NCBI GenBank assembly: GCA_018653365.1
Contig: JABIAG010000003.1
Span: 96,001-160,000, forward strand
DNA length: 64,000 bases
Direction of reading: 5' to 3'
From: Candidatus Woesearchaeota archaeon
GTDB lineage: Archaea; Nanobdellota; Nanobdellia; Woesearchaeales; JABIAG01
Within the stretch, counting starts at the first letter, position 1. Each line of letters starts with the position of its first letter. The position numbers and the translations under genes were made by a program. The notes beneath the pieces are model-generated. The model was not told where the DNA came from, ran no database searches, and saw only the letters and a list, made by a program, of their open reading frames with translations. This document shows positions 9,260 through 19,855 of this stretch, one piece after another.

Positions 9260-10070
9260 AGAATAATAATGCAAGTGCAATTGTTACACAGATTATTATT
9301 GGTAGTGTGTAAATGAATGAAAGTACTCGAGTTATATTCTGGTTAAATATCATGTCGCTCATTACTACTCCTGCAAATAACATTGGAAAAGCTATGTCTC
9401 CTCCACCCAGTATTGCATTTTGTACTTCTGTTTTCTTAACTTTGCCTTTTGTTTTTTTCCCAACCTTCTTAATTCGTTGGTATGGAATTAGTAGTCCTGC
9501 AAATGTTTGAGATTTTGCTTGAAACTTTGCAAGTTTTATCATATGTTTGCTTTTCCAAACTGCATACATATCATATGCGGAAATTAGTAGTAATAACATA
9601 AACATCCAAAATACGTTTAGTATTGGGACGAATAATAATGCTATTCCTGGATAAATTAATAGTTCGGTTATGTTGTGTGTTATTATGCCTGGTTTGAACA
9701 TTTTTAGTATGGTGAGTACTAGTGCAACAAAGAACGCAATTAAACTAGGTAATAGTGTGCCTAACGAGATGGTCATTGCGATTACTATTGCTAGGAAGAA
9801 CCAAATTCTCCAAACTTTTAGTAATTTGAATCTGATTAGTACTAGTGCGAGTGAAGTTCCTACTAGGATTGCAACAATTATTGAAATGAAGGACATTCCT
9901 GGTTGTAAGTCTGGTCTTTCTCCAATTGCAGTTTCTTTAAATTCAAAGCTGATTATGCCATTGGCATCTACGTTTTCATTTATTCCCAGGTTTATTATGC
10001 CTAAACCAATCAATTGTGCTAGTACAAAGAATATGAGAAGCAGAACTGTTACACTGATGGTGTGTTTCAT
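9168..10070 (-). CDS. Presenilin/SPP-family intramembrane aspartyl protease
   Basis: Multi-TM; AYDMYAVW (YD), LGGGD (GxGD), PAMPF (PAL) motifs. Confidence 0.92.
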   Translation of the reverse strand: MKHTISVTVLLLIFFVLAQLIGLGIINLGINENVDANGIISFEFKETAIGERPDLQPGMSFISIIVAILVGTSLALVLIRFKLLKVWRIWFFLAIVIAMTISLGTLLPSLIAFFVALVLTILKMFKPGIITHNITELLIYPGIALLFVPILNVFWMFMLLLLISAYDMYAVWKSKHMIKLAKFQAKSQTFAGLLIPYQRIKKVGKKTKGKVKKTEVQNAILGGGDIAFPMLFAGVVMSDMIFNQNITRVLSFIYTLPIIICVTIALALLFFKGKKDRYYPAMPFLTLGCVAGYVILRILL

Positions 10071-10153
10071 AACTTCTTATTTTTTCTCTTATTTTTAAAT
10101 GTTGCGACGTAACATTTATATAGTCTTTTCCCAATTTTTAGTATGGGGATACA

Positions 10154-10699
10154 TTGACTAACAGTAGAGGAGCATTAGAATTGTCTGTTAAGGCAATCGT
10201 AATATTAATTATAGCCTTAGTTGTTGTAGGCCTTGTTATAGGGTTTTCTGTTGTTAAGTTCACAGATGTGGGTAATAGGTTGGTATTTGATGCACCTACG
10301 CCCGAGCCTGATTCTTATGATCCCATTCAAACTCCTGGGGGAAAGCAACAGTTTGTTTTTGGTAAGGCAGATAAGATTGAGATGGGGTTAAAACTTTACA
10401 ATTCTTTGACAGATGCATATGAGTCTGATTGGACTAATGCTTCGATTATTAATTGTGTTGGTGATTCTGGCACTGTTACGTTTTATCCGGACATTCCATT
10501 TACAGTTATTGATGCAGGGGAAGATGGGGATGTTGCTGCACTGTTTGATGTTGAACCAAGTGTTCAGCCTGGCAGGTATGCTTGTGAAATAACTTTTAAA
10601 ACACGTTCTAAATATGTTGTTCCTAATCCTGGTGATGACCCAGTTTTTGTTCAGGGTGAACCTATTGCCAATAAGTATGTTGAGGTTGATGTTAAATGA
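10154..10699 (+). CDS. Type IV pilin-like protein with class III signal peptide
   Basis: MTNSRG/ALELSVKAIVILIIALVVVGLVIGF: basic-G cleavage site, E near the mature N-terminus, hydrophobic helix, then a beta-rich domain. Confidence 0.75.
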   Translation: MTNSRGALELSVKAIVILIIALVVVGLVIGFSVVKFTDVGNRLVFDAPTPEPDSYDPIQTPGGKQQFVFGKADKIEMGLKLYNSLTDAYESDWTNASIINCVGDSGTVTFYPDIPFTVIDAGEDGDVAALFDVEPSVQPGRYACEITFKTRSKYVVPNPGDDPVFVQGEPIANKYVEVDVK

Positions 10700-13600
10700 A
10701 GAAACTAATTCTTCCCTTGTTTTTTGTTCTTTTTCTTGCTTTTGCAGCTTCCGCAGTTCTTGATTCTAATGATCTTGCTGTTGGGTGGAACCAAGTTTAC
10801 TTTTCTAGTAATATAGGTCCTTCTTCTGCATTTTTTGAGAGTGAATTAAGCACTAGTTGTAATTTAATTCTCGATGAAGATTTAGAGTGTTATGGTCGGT
10901 GTGACGAGCTTGATCGGTTAAAGTTTTTTGATAGGACTAGATTTAATATTTTACAAACAGATAATGTTGTTGCACATACGTATTGGATTAATTGTTATGC
11001 TGAAGTTTTAGATATAAATAATCTGGTGCGTTTAATTGACAGGGATGGCGATGGTTTTTATGCTTTTCCTCCAGCTACTCCTTCTGCAATAATAAATCAT
11101 TTCGGTGGTAATGATTGTGTGGATGATCCGTTAGGAACAAAAGGGGTTCTTGGTGAATTCATTAATCCTGCAGCATCTGAAATTTGTGATGGGGTAAATA
11201 ACGATTGTGATTCTAAGTTTGATGAGGATTTCGATTCTGACAGTGATGGTTATACTGATTGTGATACTGATGTAAATACAGGAAATTATGCACATGATTG
11301 TGATCCTGCTGTTACTTCTTGTCGTGATGATTGTACTACTCAGGCATATCGTGATTCTGATGGAGATACTAAAGGGAATGCGTCAAATCATGTTCGTGCA
11401 TGTGATGCGGGTACAGGTTATGTTTCAGATAATACTGATTGTGATGATTCTAATATATTAATTTGGAAATTAACTAGCGCTTATCCTGATGCTGATGGGG
11501 ACGGGTTTGGTGACGAAACACAAGCAATAGTGCACAATGTTTGTCATGGTACTCATCTTGTTGATGTAGGTTATTCTTTAGATAATACTGATTGTAATGA
11601 TGATCCTGATGGGGATGATGGTTCGCCTTCTGCTACGCCTTTAATTGCTCTTGGTAATGATGATGGTAACCAAACTTATCCAGGTAATGCTGAGCAGTGT
11701 GATAATATTGATCATGATTGTGACGCTATTGGTTCAAATTATAATGGTGTTGAAAATGATACTTGCCAGTTTGCTTGTGAAGATGCATTTAGTGTTGATA
11801 ACTGGGGAGATCATGATAATAATATCTTAACTGGAATACTAACTCCTGGTCCTAACCAAGGAAAATCTTGTTGTGGTGATGATGTTGATGAAAAACCAAC
11901 AGAACTGATTACTGAATTGACGTGTGATGGTCATGATAATAATTGTAATGGGGTTATTGATGAGGGTTTAAAATTAACATTCTATCGGGATAATGATGGT
12001 GATGGGTTGGGAGATGTAAATAATCACCGAGAGGCATGTACGCCTGCGGATTTATTGCCTGATGTGTATGTTGTAGATTTTTCTGATGGGGACGATAATG
12101 ATCGGGATAATGATGGTGTGCAGGATAGTGTGCCTGATAACTGTCCTGACACGCCTAATGGTCCTGTTAAGGGGACTTGTATTTTAGAATTAATTGGATG
12201 TGATTCTGATGTGGATTGTACTCAATTATTTGATTCTTGTTCTAAGGCTCAAGAGAATACTGATGGTGTTGGTTTGGGTGATGCTTGTGATAGTGATATT
12301 GATGGTGATGGTTTTGATGATGTTTTGGATCATTGTCCTTTATTGAGTTCTGTTTCAAATACTAATTCAGATGCTGATGGTTTGGGTGATGCTTGTGATA
12401 ATTGTCCTTTGATTGACAACATTGATCAATTAGATACTGGAGGTGCAGTAGGTGTTGGCGATGCTTGTGATCGTGTACCTGTAGTTAATATTCCTGCGCA
12501 GTCGATTTTAGAAGATCATCGCTTTGTTTTAACCCTTTCTAATGCGGAAATTTCCGATCCTGATTTACTGGTTGGTAATCTTGCTAGTCTTATTGGTTCT
12601 GGAGAGCTTACTTTTGGACCAATAGTAATCGTTGATGTTGGAAATTCACCTATTGATACTTGTTCATTTAGCGGAGTTGATCTTAGTTGTGTTCCCAAGG
12701 ATGATTCGTCAGGTACTGGGCTGATTAGAATAAGTGTTGCAGATGTTAATGGTAATGGTGCGGTGGGAACATTTGCTTTAACTGTGGATCCTGTTAATGA
12801 TCTTCCTACCGCTAATGGTCATGTTACTTCTACTCCTGAGAGTTCTTCTGTTACAATTCCAATTACTGATCTTACCATAAGTGATGTTGAAGATCTTGCT
12901 ACTGATTTAGAGATAGACTCAATTGATGATACTGGAACTACTGGTTCTGTAACCTTTTCTCCAACTGAAATTATTTACGATCCTGATGGCAACTTTGAAT
13001 ATTTAGCAGATGGTGTTAGTGGAACAACTGAATTCGGTTACGCTGTAAACGATACTGATGGAAATGTTTCTATCCCTGCCACTATTTTAGTTACGATTAC
13101 TGGCGAAAATGATGTCCCTGTTGTTTCTGCAATAGCTGATCAGTCTACTGCGGAAAATTCTGCTTATTCTTATCAGGTTATTGCTTCAGATGTTGATGAT
13201 GGAACCACCTTAACTTACTCTCTTTCAAGTCCTCATCCTTTTCTGTCTATTGATTCCGCAGGATTTATTTCTGGAACACCTACTGATAATGATACTTATG
13301 CTGTAGAGGACGTTACAGTTACTGTTAACGATGGTTTTGTAGATGTTACAGAAGTATTTGAGCTTACCGTTACCAACATTCCTGACGCTCCAACGATTAC
13401 CTCTTCTGAGATTACAAGTGCAACTGAAGATGCAATTTACACGTATACTTTTGAGATTGATGATGTTGATGGGGATGTTTTGCCTCTTTCAGCAACCACG
13501 CTTCCTGGCTGGTTAACCTTTGTTGATAATGGAGATAATACTGGAACGCTTTCGGGTATTCCAACTAATGATGAAGTTGGAGACCATGATGTTGTTTTGA

Positions 13601-16600
13601 GTGCGGAAGACACTGCTGCCGTCGCAACAGTTACACAATCATTTACGATCACGGTTACTAACACTAATGATGCTCCTGTTGCTAATTCTGATGCAGAAAC
13701 TACTGATGAAGACACTCCAAAAACTTTTAACATTGTTTCTAATGATGATGACGATGATGGTGACACGCTAACTGTTGTTTCTGTTGTCCAACCCTCAAAA
13801 GGTGTTGTTACAGATGAGGGGGATGGCAATATCACCTTTGATCCAAATAATAAATTTAATTATCTTGCTCCGGGCGATTCAGAAATTATAACGTTTACGT
13901 ACATTGTTAATGATGGCACTGTTGATTCTAACAGTGCAACAGTAACCATTACAATAACTGGAGTTAATGACGCCCCTCTTGCACTCCCTAGATCGTTCCT
14001 TGTTACTGAAGAGGGTAGTTTGTTGTTAAGCAAGGCAGATCTTATTGGGGATGTTGATGTTGATGATATTGAAGCAGATCTTAACTTAATATATGTTGAT
14101 GTTGATTCTATTGTTGATGGGCAAATTGCTGTAGATTATGTTACGCAAGAAATTAGGTACAATCCTAATGGTGATTTTGATGATTTAAAGAGTACTCCGG
14201 TTCTACAAACAGCTACAGAAACTTTCTCGTATACTATTGATGATCCTGATGGTGGATCTTCATCTGAAGATGTAATCATCACAATTAATGGAATCACTGA
14301 CTTCCCAACAGTATCCGATGCAGTAGTTACTGTTGAGCGTGATGATCCTTTAACACTTGTTGCTGATCTTTCAACATTAGTTTCTGAAAATGATGGGGAT
14401 TTAATAACCTGGACTGAAACACATACTTCTGATTTACAAGAGGTTGTCATAAGTGGTACTGATCTTTCTGTTAGTCCGGCTCTTGGTTTTACTGGAACTA
14501 CCTTTATAACGCTTACAGCAAATGATGGAGATGGAACTGACGATGGTGTGTTAACCGTTGAGGTTGTTCCTCCTTTAACTATTCCAACTTTTACTGGAAT
14601 TTCTTTTAGTAATAACCCAATCAAGGGCGGTAATACATTAACAATTGCTGCAATAGGCACCAATGACGCAGATGGAGAACCTGTCAAATTTTATTGTAGT
14701 GAAGACGCATTACCAACAGAATCGAATTCTTTATTTGCAACACATCCGTCATTCTCTTTTCCATATTATAATGTGGAAAACCAATTCAAAGTACATTCAG
14801 ATAATGCAGCACATTTAATTTATTGTAGACTTTATGATGGTATTGATGATAAATATTCGGTAGTTGTTTCCTCAACTTATGATGCAGATTCAACCCCTAT
14901 TGATCTTTCAAGTGTTCTTGTTGATGGAAACCCTTCCCCATTCAAAGATGCATCTAATGATGGTACAACACTAATTCAAATTATTGGAGAAAATAATATG
15001 CAGTGTAAATATCATACTTCGGAGTTTGATTATGCACTTGCCGGAACACTCTGTCCTTTAACTGCTAACGTTGCTGAATGCAGTGTTCCTTCATCTGCCT
15101 GGCAGTCTTACACTGTTCACATTAACTGTTTAGATAGTGTTGGTAACTCTAACGACGGCAATAATTTAGAAGTAACCTGGGATGCTAGTTGGAATACTCT
15201 TCCTGTTGTTTCAAATCTTGCTTTAACTCCATCAAGTCCTAAAAGTTCTAACAATTTAAATGTCAATTACGTATTTACTGATGTTGATGGAGATGCAGAT
15301 AATAGTTTAATTACCTGGACTAAAAATGGTGTCGAATTCCTTGCAGGTGTGGGCATTAAAGCAATATCTTTTACTAGTGTTGCTCGTGGTGAGGAATGGT
15401 CGGTTTCAGTTCTTGCTCGTGATGACGAAACATCTAATAATCTTCTTACTGGCACGTTTCCAACGATTAGAAATTCTGCTCCAATTCCGACTTCGGCAAG
15501 TCTTTCTCCTGCTAATGTATTAGTTGGTGAGGAAGTTGTTTGTAGTGGTACCGCAACTGATGCCGATGGTGATTCAATAGTTGATGAAGAGTTCCAATTT
15601 TTGATTAATGGAGTTACAGCCCAACCGTTCTCAACAGATAATACGTTTACTTGCAGTGCGCCAGATTGTGTAAGAGATAAAAAGTTGAGTTGTCAGTACA
15701 AAGCAGGGGATGGTATTGAATTAAGTTCTTTAGCTGAACATTCTGCAGATTTAATTGTTTCTAATACTCCGCCAACTGTAACTGGTGCCATAATTAGTGC
15801 AAATTCTAATCCTGTAACCAGAGAGTCAAGTATTACATGTACTGGTCAGGGAATGAATGATGTTGATAATGATCCAAACATAGTTCATTATTTCCAATTT
15901 TATTTTGATGGTGTGGGAAGAGGCGGTTTTTTATCTTCTAATTCAAACACGTTAACTGTTAATTGTGCAGATACAACTCATGTGCCTTCTAAACAGGTTA
16001 GGTGTGTTAAGGGAGAACCAGTTCATTGTGAATATTATGCAAATGATCGTCCTGCAACAAGTTCAGTAGTTACTTCTAGTAATGTTTTATCTTTAGTTAA
16101 TGCTATCCCACAAGCTAATGATCTCGCCATTAGTGTGGACGAAGACACATCTGAACTTATCAGTTTAGATACTTATGATGCTGACGGTGATTCATTAACT
16201 GTTTCCGTATCACAACCTGCTAAGGGCGAGGTTACAAATCATAATGATGGTACAGTTACGTTTAATCCCAACAACGAGTTTAATTATCTTGCTCCGGGCG
16301 ATTCAGAAATTATAACTTTTACATACAGTGTTAATGATGGAACTGTTGATTCTAGTATTGGTACAGTAACTCTTACTGTAAGTGGTGTAAACACTCCCCC
16401 AACAGTAACATCTTCTCCAATAACTAGTGCGACTGAAGACACAATTTATTCATATACTTTAATTGCAGGTGATGTGGAAGGGGATGCATTAACGATTTCA
16501 TCAACAACTCTACCTTCTTGGTTAACCTTAACAGATAATGGGGATAATACTGCAACTCTTGTGGGCACGCCTCTGAATGAGGATGTTGGTTCGAATAGTG

Positions 16601-18120
16601 TTTCACTTTTAATAGAAGATGCTGCCTCATCAGTTACACAAGTCTTTACTATTAATGTAATCAATACTAATGACGTCCCTGTCGCATCTAATCAATTAGT
16701 TAAGGTTATCTTACCTAGTACTACTAATCCTGTTATTGCTAATCCCACTAATCATGACGAGTTGTATGCATTCTTTGATTTTGATGATGACGATCTTGAT
16801 CTAGAATCTGACTCAGAAATTTTATGGTATAAAGATAATGTCTTACAATCTGTTTTGGGAACTAACACTTATGTTGTGCCTCCAGCAAAAACAGCGAATG
16901 GTGAAAACTGGCACTTCACTGTTAGGCCTGGTGATGGTATTGGCTTGGGTACATTAGTTACTTCGAATTCTGTTTTAATTGGTTCCGGGAATGCTCCTCC
17001 GTTAGTTGAGGTATCCCACATTTCCGGAACTGATTTTTATGATACATTATCAATTCCTTTCACATATAGCGATACAAATAACGATGTTTTAACTTTTACT
17101 TTAGAAGAAAGTTTAGATCAATTAACTTGGAATGTTGTGGAAGATAATATTGCCTCTTCTCCTTATTCTTGGTCTTTACCAAGCAGGGATGGAGATACTT
17201 ATATTAGAATAAGCGCTAGTGATGGCGTCGACTCAACTGTTTCAAATTCTGTTTTAGTAGTATTAGATAATACTTGCTCGTGTGATTCCTGTGCTTCCTG
17301 TGAACTTAAGCTGTCCAGACCTACTTCTTGGTGTAGTGAGATTAGTTTAACTCAATCCTTAAGTGGGGTTGATACCTGTATAGCTGATCCTAGCAACATA
17401 AATGGCAAAACGTTTGATTGTGATAATAATCCTGTTGTTGGTTTGAATTCAGGTAATTTCTTTGAATTAGATTCAAAGTCTGATGTTACTATTGAGAATT
17501 GTGAACTCTCTAATTTTAGATATGGTTTTGATATTGACAATTCCAATAATATTGACATTGTAGATAACACGGTAAGCTCTACCTCTCGTAATAATATTTT
17601 AATTTCAGCTTCAACAGTTTTTGTTGGAAGAAACATATTGCATGATGCTGGAAGTGGTTTCCAATCAATTTATGTTAGTGAGGGTCTTAATGTTAATTTA
17701 GAAAATAATGAAATATATTCTTGTGATGAAGGAATAATATTAAGTAATTCTAATTCAAATATCGTTAATAAAAATAACATTCATGACGTTTCAGGAGATG
17801 CAATTTCTTTATTTGAAAGTGATGGGAATGTGATTTCTTCAAATAGGTTAATTAATAACGGGCAAGGAATAAATTTAATACAATCTGCAACTAATTTGAT
17901 TTTTGATAATTATCTTTCAGATAACACACGTAACGCGTTTGATGCAGGAAATAATTTCTGGTTTACCTCTCCTGAGTCTGGAACTAATGTTGTGGGTGGT
18001 TCAATTATTGCAGGTAATTATTGGTCTGATCTAACCTGTAATGATGCAGGGGACGGTATTTGTGAAGAAGATTACACAATTGGGGTTAATATTGATGAAC
18101 ATCCTTTGGTTAGTTCATAA
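10696..18120 (+). CDS. Giant secreted surface protein/adhesin: MopE-like Cys/Asp repeats, thrombospondin type-3 repeats, cadherin/Ig-like repeats, C-terminal NosD-like beta-helix
   Basis: Signal peptide; DxDGDG..DCDD..EICDGVNNDCD; DGLGDACDNCP; repeated ITGxND.P/AP.ITS/EDT modules; GGSIIAGNYWSD..D.HPL ending. Confidence 0.88.
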   Translation: MKKLILPLFFVLFLAFAASAVLDSNDLAVGWNQVYFSSNIGPSSAFFESELSTSCNLILDEDLECYGRCDELDRLKFFDRTRFNILQTDNVVAHTYWINCYAEVLDINNLVRLIDRDGDGFYAFPPATPSAIINHFGGNDCVDDPLGTKGVLGEFINPAASEICDGVNNDCDSKFDEDFDSDSDGYTDCDTDVNTGNYAHDCDPAVTSCRDDCTTQAYRDSDGDTKGNASNHVRACDAGTGYVSDNTDCDDSNILIWKLTSAYPDADGDGFGDETQAIVHNVCHGTHLVDVGYSLDNTDCNDDPDGDDGSPSATPLIALGNDDGNQTYPGNAEQCDNIDHDCDAIGSNYNGVENDTCQFACEDAFSVDNWGDHDNNILTGILTPGPNQGKSCCGDDVDEKPTELITELTCDGHDNNCNGVIDEGLKLTFYRDNDGDGLGDVNNHREACTPADLLPDVYVVDFSDGDDNDRDNDGVQDSVPDNCPDTPNGPVKGTCILELIGCDSDVDCTQLFDSCSKAQENTDGVGLGDACDSDIDGDGFDDVLDHCPLLSSVSNTNSDADGLGDACDNCPLIDNIDQLDTGGAVGVGDACDRVPVVNIPAQSILEDHRFVLTLSNAEISDPDLLVGNLASLIGSGELTFGPIVIVDVGNSPIDTCSFSGVDLSCVPKDDSSGTGLIRISVADVNGNGAVGTFALTVDPVNDLPTANGHVTSTPESSSVTIPITDLTISDVEDLATDLEIDSIDDTGTTGSVTFSPTEIIYDPDGNFEYLADGVSGTTEFGYAVNDTDGNVSIPATILVTITGENDVPVVSAIADQSTAENSAYSYQVIASDVDDGTTLTYSLSSPHPFLSIDSAGFISGTPTDNDTYAVEDVTVTVNDGFVDVTEVFELTVTNIPDAPTITSSEITSATEDAIYTYTFEIDDVDGDVLPLSATTLPGWLTFVDNGDNTGTLSGIPTNDEVGDHDVVLSAEDTAAVATVTQSFTITVTNTNDAPVANSDAETTDEDTPKTFNIVSNDDDDDGDTLTVVSVVQPSKGVVTDEGDGNITFDPNNKFNYLAPGDSEIITFTYIVNDGTVDSNSATVTITITGVNDAPLALPRSFLVTEEGSLLLSKADLIGDVDVDDIEADLNLIYVDVDSIVDGQIAVDYVTQEIRYNPNGDFDDLKSTPVLQTATETFSYTIDDPDGGSSSEDVIITINGITDFPTVSDAVVTVERDDPLTLVADLSTLVSENDGDLITWTETHTSDLQEVVISGTDLSVSPALGFTGTTFITLTANDGDGTDDGVLTVEVVPPLTIPTFTGISFSNNPIKGGNTLTIAAIGTNDADGEPVKFYCSEDALPTESNSLFATHPSFSFPYYNVENQFKVHSDNAAHLIYCRLYDGIDDKYSVVVSSTYDADSTPIDLSSVLVDGNPSPFKDASNDGTTLIQIIGENNMQCKYHTSEFDYALAGTLCPLTANVAECSVPSSAWQSYTVHINCLDSVGNSNDGNNLEVTWDASWNTLPVVSNLALTPSSPKSSNNLNVNYVFTDVDGDADNSLITWTKNGVEFLAGVGIKAISFTSVARGEEWSVSVLARDDETSNNLLTGTFPTIRNSAPIPTSASLSPANVLVGEEVVCSGTATDADGDSIVDEEFQFLINGVTAQPFSTDNTFTCSAPDCVRDKKLSCQYKAGDGIELSSLAEHSADLIVSNTPPTVTGAIISANSNPVTRESSITCTGQGMNDVDNDPNIVHYFQFYFDGVGRGGFLSSNSNTLTVNCADTTHVPSKQVRCVKGEPVHCEYYANDRPATSSVVTSSNVLSLVNAIPQANDLAISVDEDTSELISLDTYDADGDSLTVSVSQPAKGEVTNHNDGTVTFNPNNEFNYLAPGDSEIITFTYSVNDGTVDSSIGTVTLTVSGVNTPPTVTSSPITSATEDTIYSYTLIAGDVEGDALTISSTTLPSWLTLTDNGDNTATLVGTPLNEDVGSNSVSLLIEDAASSVTQVFTINVINTNDVPVASNQLVKVILPSTTNPVIANPTNHDELYAFFDFDDDDLDLESDSEILWYKDNVLQSVLGTNTYVVPPAKTANGENWHFTVRPGDGIGLGTLVTSNSVLIGSGNAPPLVEVSHISGTDFYDTLSIPFTYSDTNNDVLTFTLEESLDQLTWNVVEDNIASSPYSWSLPSRDGDTYIRISASDGVDSTVSNSVLVVLDNTCSCDSCASCELKLSRPTSWCSEISLTQSLSGVDTCIADPSNINGKTFDCDNNPVVGLNSGNFFELDSKSDVTIENCELSNFRYGFDIDNSNNIDIVDNTVSSTSRNNILISASTVFVGRNILHDAGSGFQSIYVSEGLNVNLENNEIYSCDEGIILSNSNSNIVNKNNIHDVSGDAISLFESDGNVISSNRLINNGQGINLIQSATNLIFDNYLSDNTRNAFDAGNNFWFTSPESGTNVVGGSIIAGNYWSDLTCNDAGDGICEEDYTIGVNIDEHPLVSS
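13855..13892 (+). repeat. 38-bp exact intragenic repeat (second copy at 16279-16316)
   Basis: tttaattatcttgctccgggcgattcagaaattataac occurs twice. Confidence 0.9.
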
Positions 18121-18155
18121 AAACATTTAAATACTCTTTAGTACAATTTAATATT

Positions 18156-18635
18156 ATGAAAAAGTTATTGTTAATCTTGGCATTGTTAGTGTGTGTTACT
18201 CTTACTTATGCTGCTGTTGATCAGGCGTTAACTAATTCTGAATTAGAAGCTAAACTTTCTGCGATTGAGAAAAGGTTAGCTAATGATTATGTCGCTTTAG
18301 ATAACAGAATTTCTTTATTGAGTCAGGAAGTGGATAGCTTAACTGTTGAAGGGCCTGAATCATTTTCGTTTTCTAGTCCGTCAACGCTTATTTATGGGGT
18401 TTTTCTTGGCCTTATTGCTTTCTTGTTTGTATTGAATGTTACTGCGTTACATAAAGTGCATGCTCTTGCAAATGTAACTCCTAAGTCTGTTGGTGCGATT
18501 AAACGTTCAGTAAATGATCGATTGAAAAAGTATGTTGATTATTGTCGTTTTCAAAAAGGATTATCTAAGACTGAGTGTAAAAGTGAATTAAAGAAGCGTG
18601 GTTGGACAGATTCTCAACTTAAAGGGATTCTTTAA
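18156..18635 (+). CDS. Hypothetical membrane protein
   Basis: Signal peptide, short coiled coil, TM, C-terminal L..Y....KG....K.EL...GW motif. Confidence 0.75.
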   Translation: MKKLLLILALLVCVTLTYAAVDQALTNSELEAKLSAIEKRLANDYVALDNRISLLSQEVDSLTVEGPESFSFSSPSTLIYGVFLGLIAFLFVLNVTALHKVHALANVTPKSVGAIKRSVNDRLKKYVDYCRFQKGLSKTECKSELKKRGWTDSQLKGIL

Positions 18636-18642
18636 TTTTTTT

Positions 18643-18695
18643 GTATGCTCGACTGAAAGGAGACATACTTCGTTTCCCATTGGCGAAAGAATGGA
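18643..18695. repeat. 53-bp structured element, copy 2, flanked by direct repeat acttaaagggattct (18617-18631 and 18695-18709)
   Basis: gtatgctcgactgaaaggagacatacttcgtttcccattggcgaaagaatgga. Confidence 0.9.
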
Positions 18696-18748
18696 CTTAA
18701 AGGGATTCTATAAAAACATTTAAATACATTCTAATTACTCTAACAACT

Positions 18749-19855
18749 ATGACTAAAGTTACTCCTTGGGATGTTGAAGGTAAGATTGATTATGATAAAT
18801 TAATTAGAGAGTTCGGGGTTCAAAAGATAACTACCTCTCTTATTGATAAAATCAATAAAATTGCAGGAAAAAACAACTTCATGTTGGATAGAAAAATATT
18901 TTTTGCTCATCGTGATTTGGAGTTTGCTCTAAAAGAGCATGAAAAAGATAATTTATTTTTATATACTGGTTGTGGACCTTCTGGTTCAATTCATCTGGGT
19001 CACGCAATGGTTTGGAAATTTACTAAATGGTTGCAGGACGTACTGGATGTAGATTTGTGGTTTCAGTTTACTGATGATGAAAAGTTTTTATTTAAGGACA
19101 AGTCTTTTGAGGAAATTCAAGAATTGATGAAGGATAATATGTTGGATGTTATTGCGCTTGGTTTTAATCCTAAAAAAACTCATTTCTTAATTGACACCAA
19201 ACATGCTAGTATAATGTATCCTGAGGCGATTAAGGTAGCAAAGAAATTAACAGCTTCTTCAATCAAGTCTTGTTTTGGTTTGGGCGATAGTGATAATGTG
19301 GGTATGTTTTTTTATACTGCAATGCAGGCAGTTCCAGCATTTCTTCCTTCAATACTTAAGAAAAAGAAAATGGCGTGTTTAATTCCTCATGCTATTGATC
19401 AAGATCCTCACTTTAGATTAACAAGAGATATTCTTCCTAAGTTGGGATTCTTTAAACCAGCTTCAATACAGTGTTCTTTTCTCCCACCTTTAACTGGGGT
19501 GGAGGGTAAGATGTCCTCTTCTGGAGATGCTTTTATTGCACTAACAGACACGCCTGAACAAGTAAAAAAGAAGATTAACAAATACGCATTTTCTGGTGGA
19601 CAGGACACGTTAGAGGAACATCGAAAGAGAGGTGGAAATCCAGATATTGACATCTCATTTCAATATTTAAGATTTTTATTTGAACCTGATGATAAAAAAT
19701 TATCTAAAATAAAATCTGATTACCGTACAGGTAAGCTTCTTTCTGGAGAGTTAAAAAAGATTTTAATTGATAAGATTAATGATTTCTTAAAACATCATCA
19801 AGCTGAGCGTGAAAAGGCTAAGAAAAAGGTTGATCAGTTTGTTCTTAAAATATAA
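18749..19855 (+). CDS. trpS: Tryptophanyl-tRNA synthetase
   Basis: [39 protein letters not shown]. Confidence 0.97.
   Translation: MTKVTPWDVEGKIDYDKLIREFGVQKITTSLIDKINKIAGKNNFMLDRKIFFAHRDLEFALKEHEKDNLFLYTGCGPSGSIHLGHAMVWKFTKWLQDVLDVDLWFQFTDDEKFLFKDKSFEEIQELMKDNMLDVIALGFNPKKTHFLIDTKHASIMYPEAIKVAKKLTASSIKSCFGLGDSDNVGMFFYTAMQAVPAFLPSILKKKKMACLIPHAIDQDPHFRLTRDILPKLGFFKPASIQCSFLPPLTGVEGKMSSSGDAFIALTDTPEQVKKKINKYAFSGGQDTLEEHRKRGGNPDIDISFQYLRFLFEPDDKKLSKIKSDYRTGKLLSGELKKILIDKINDFLKHHQAEREKAKKKVDQFVLKI

Noticed and set aside
13855-16316. Adhesin repeats as a diversity-generating retroelement TR/VR pair
   Set aside because: Both copies are coding, there is no adenine-specific mismatch pattern, and no reverse transcriptase is in the window
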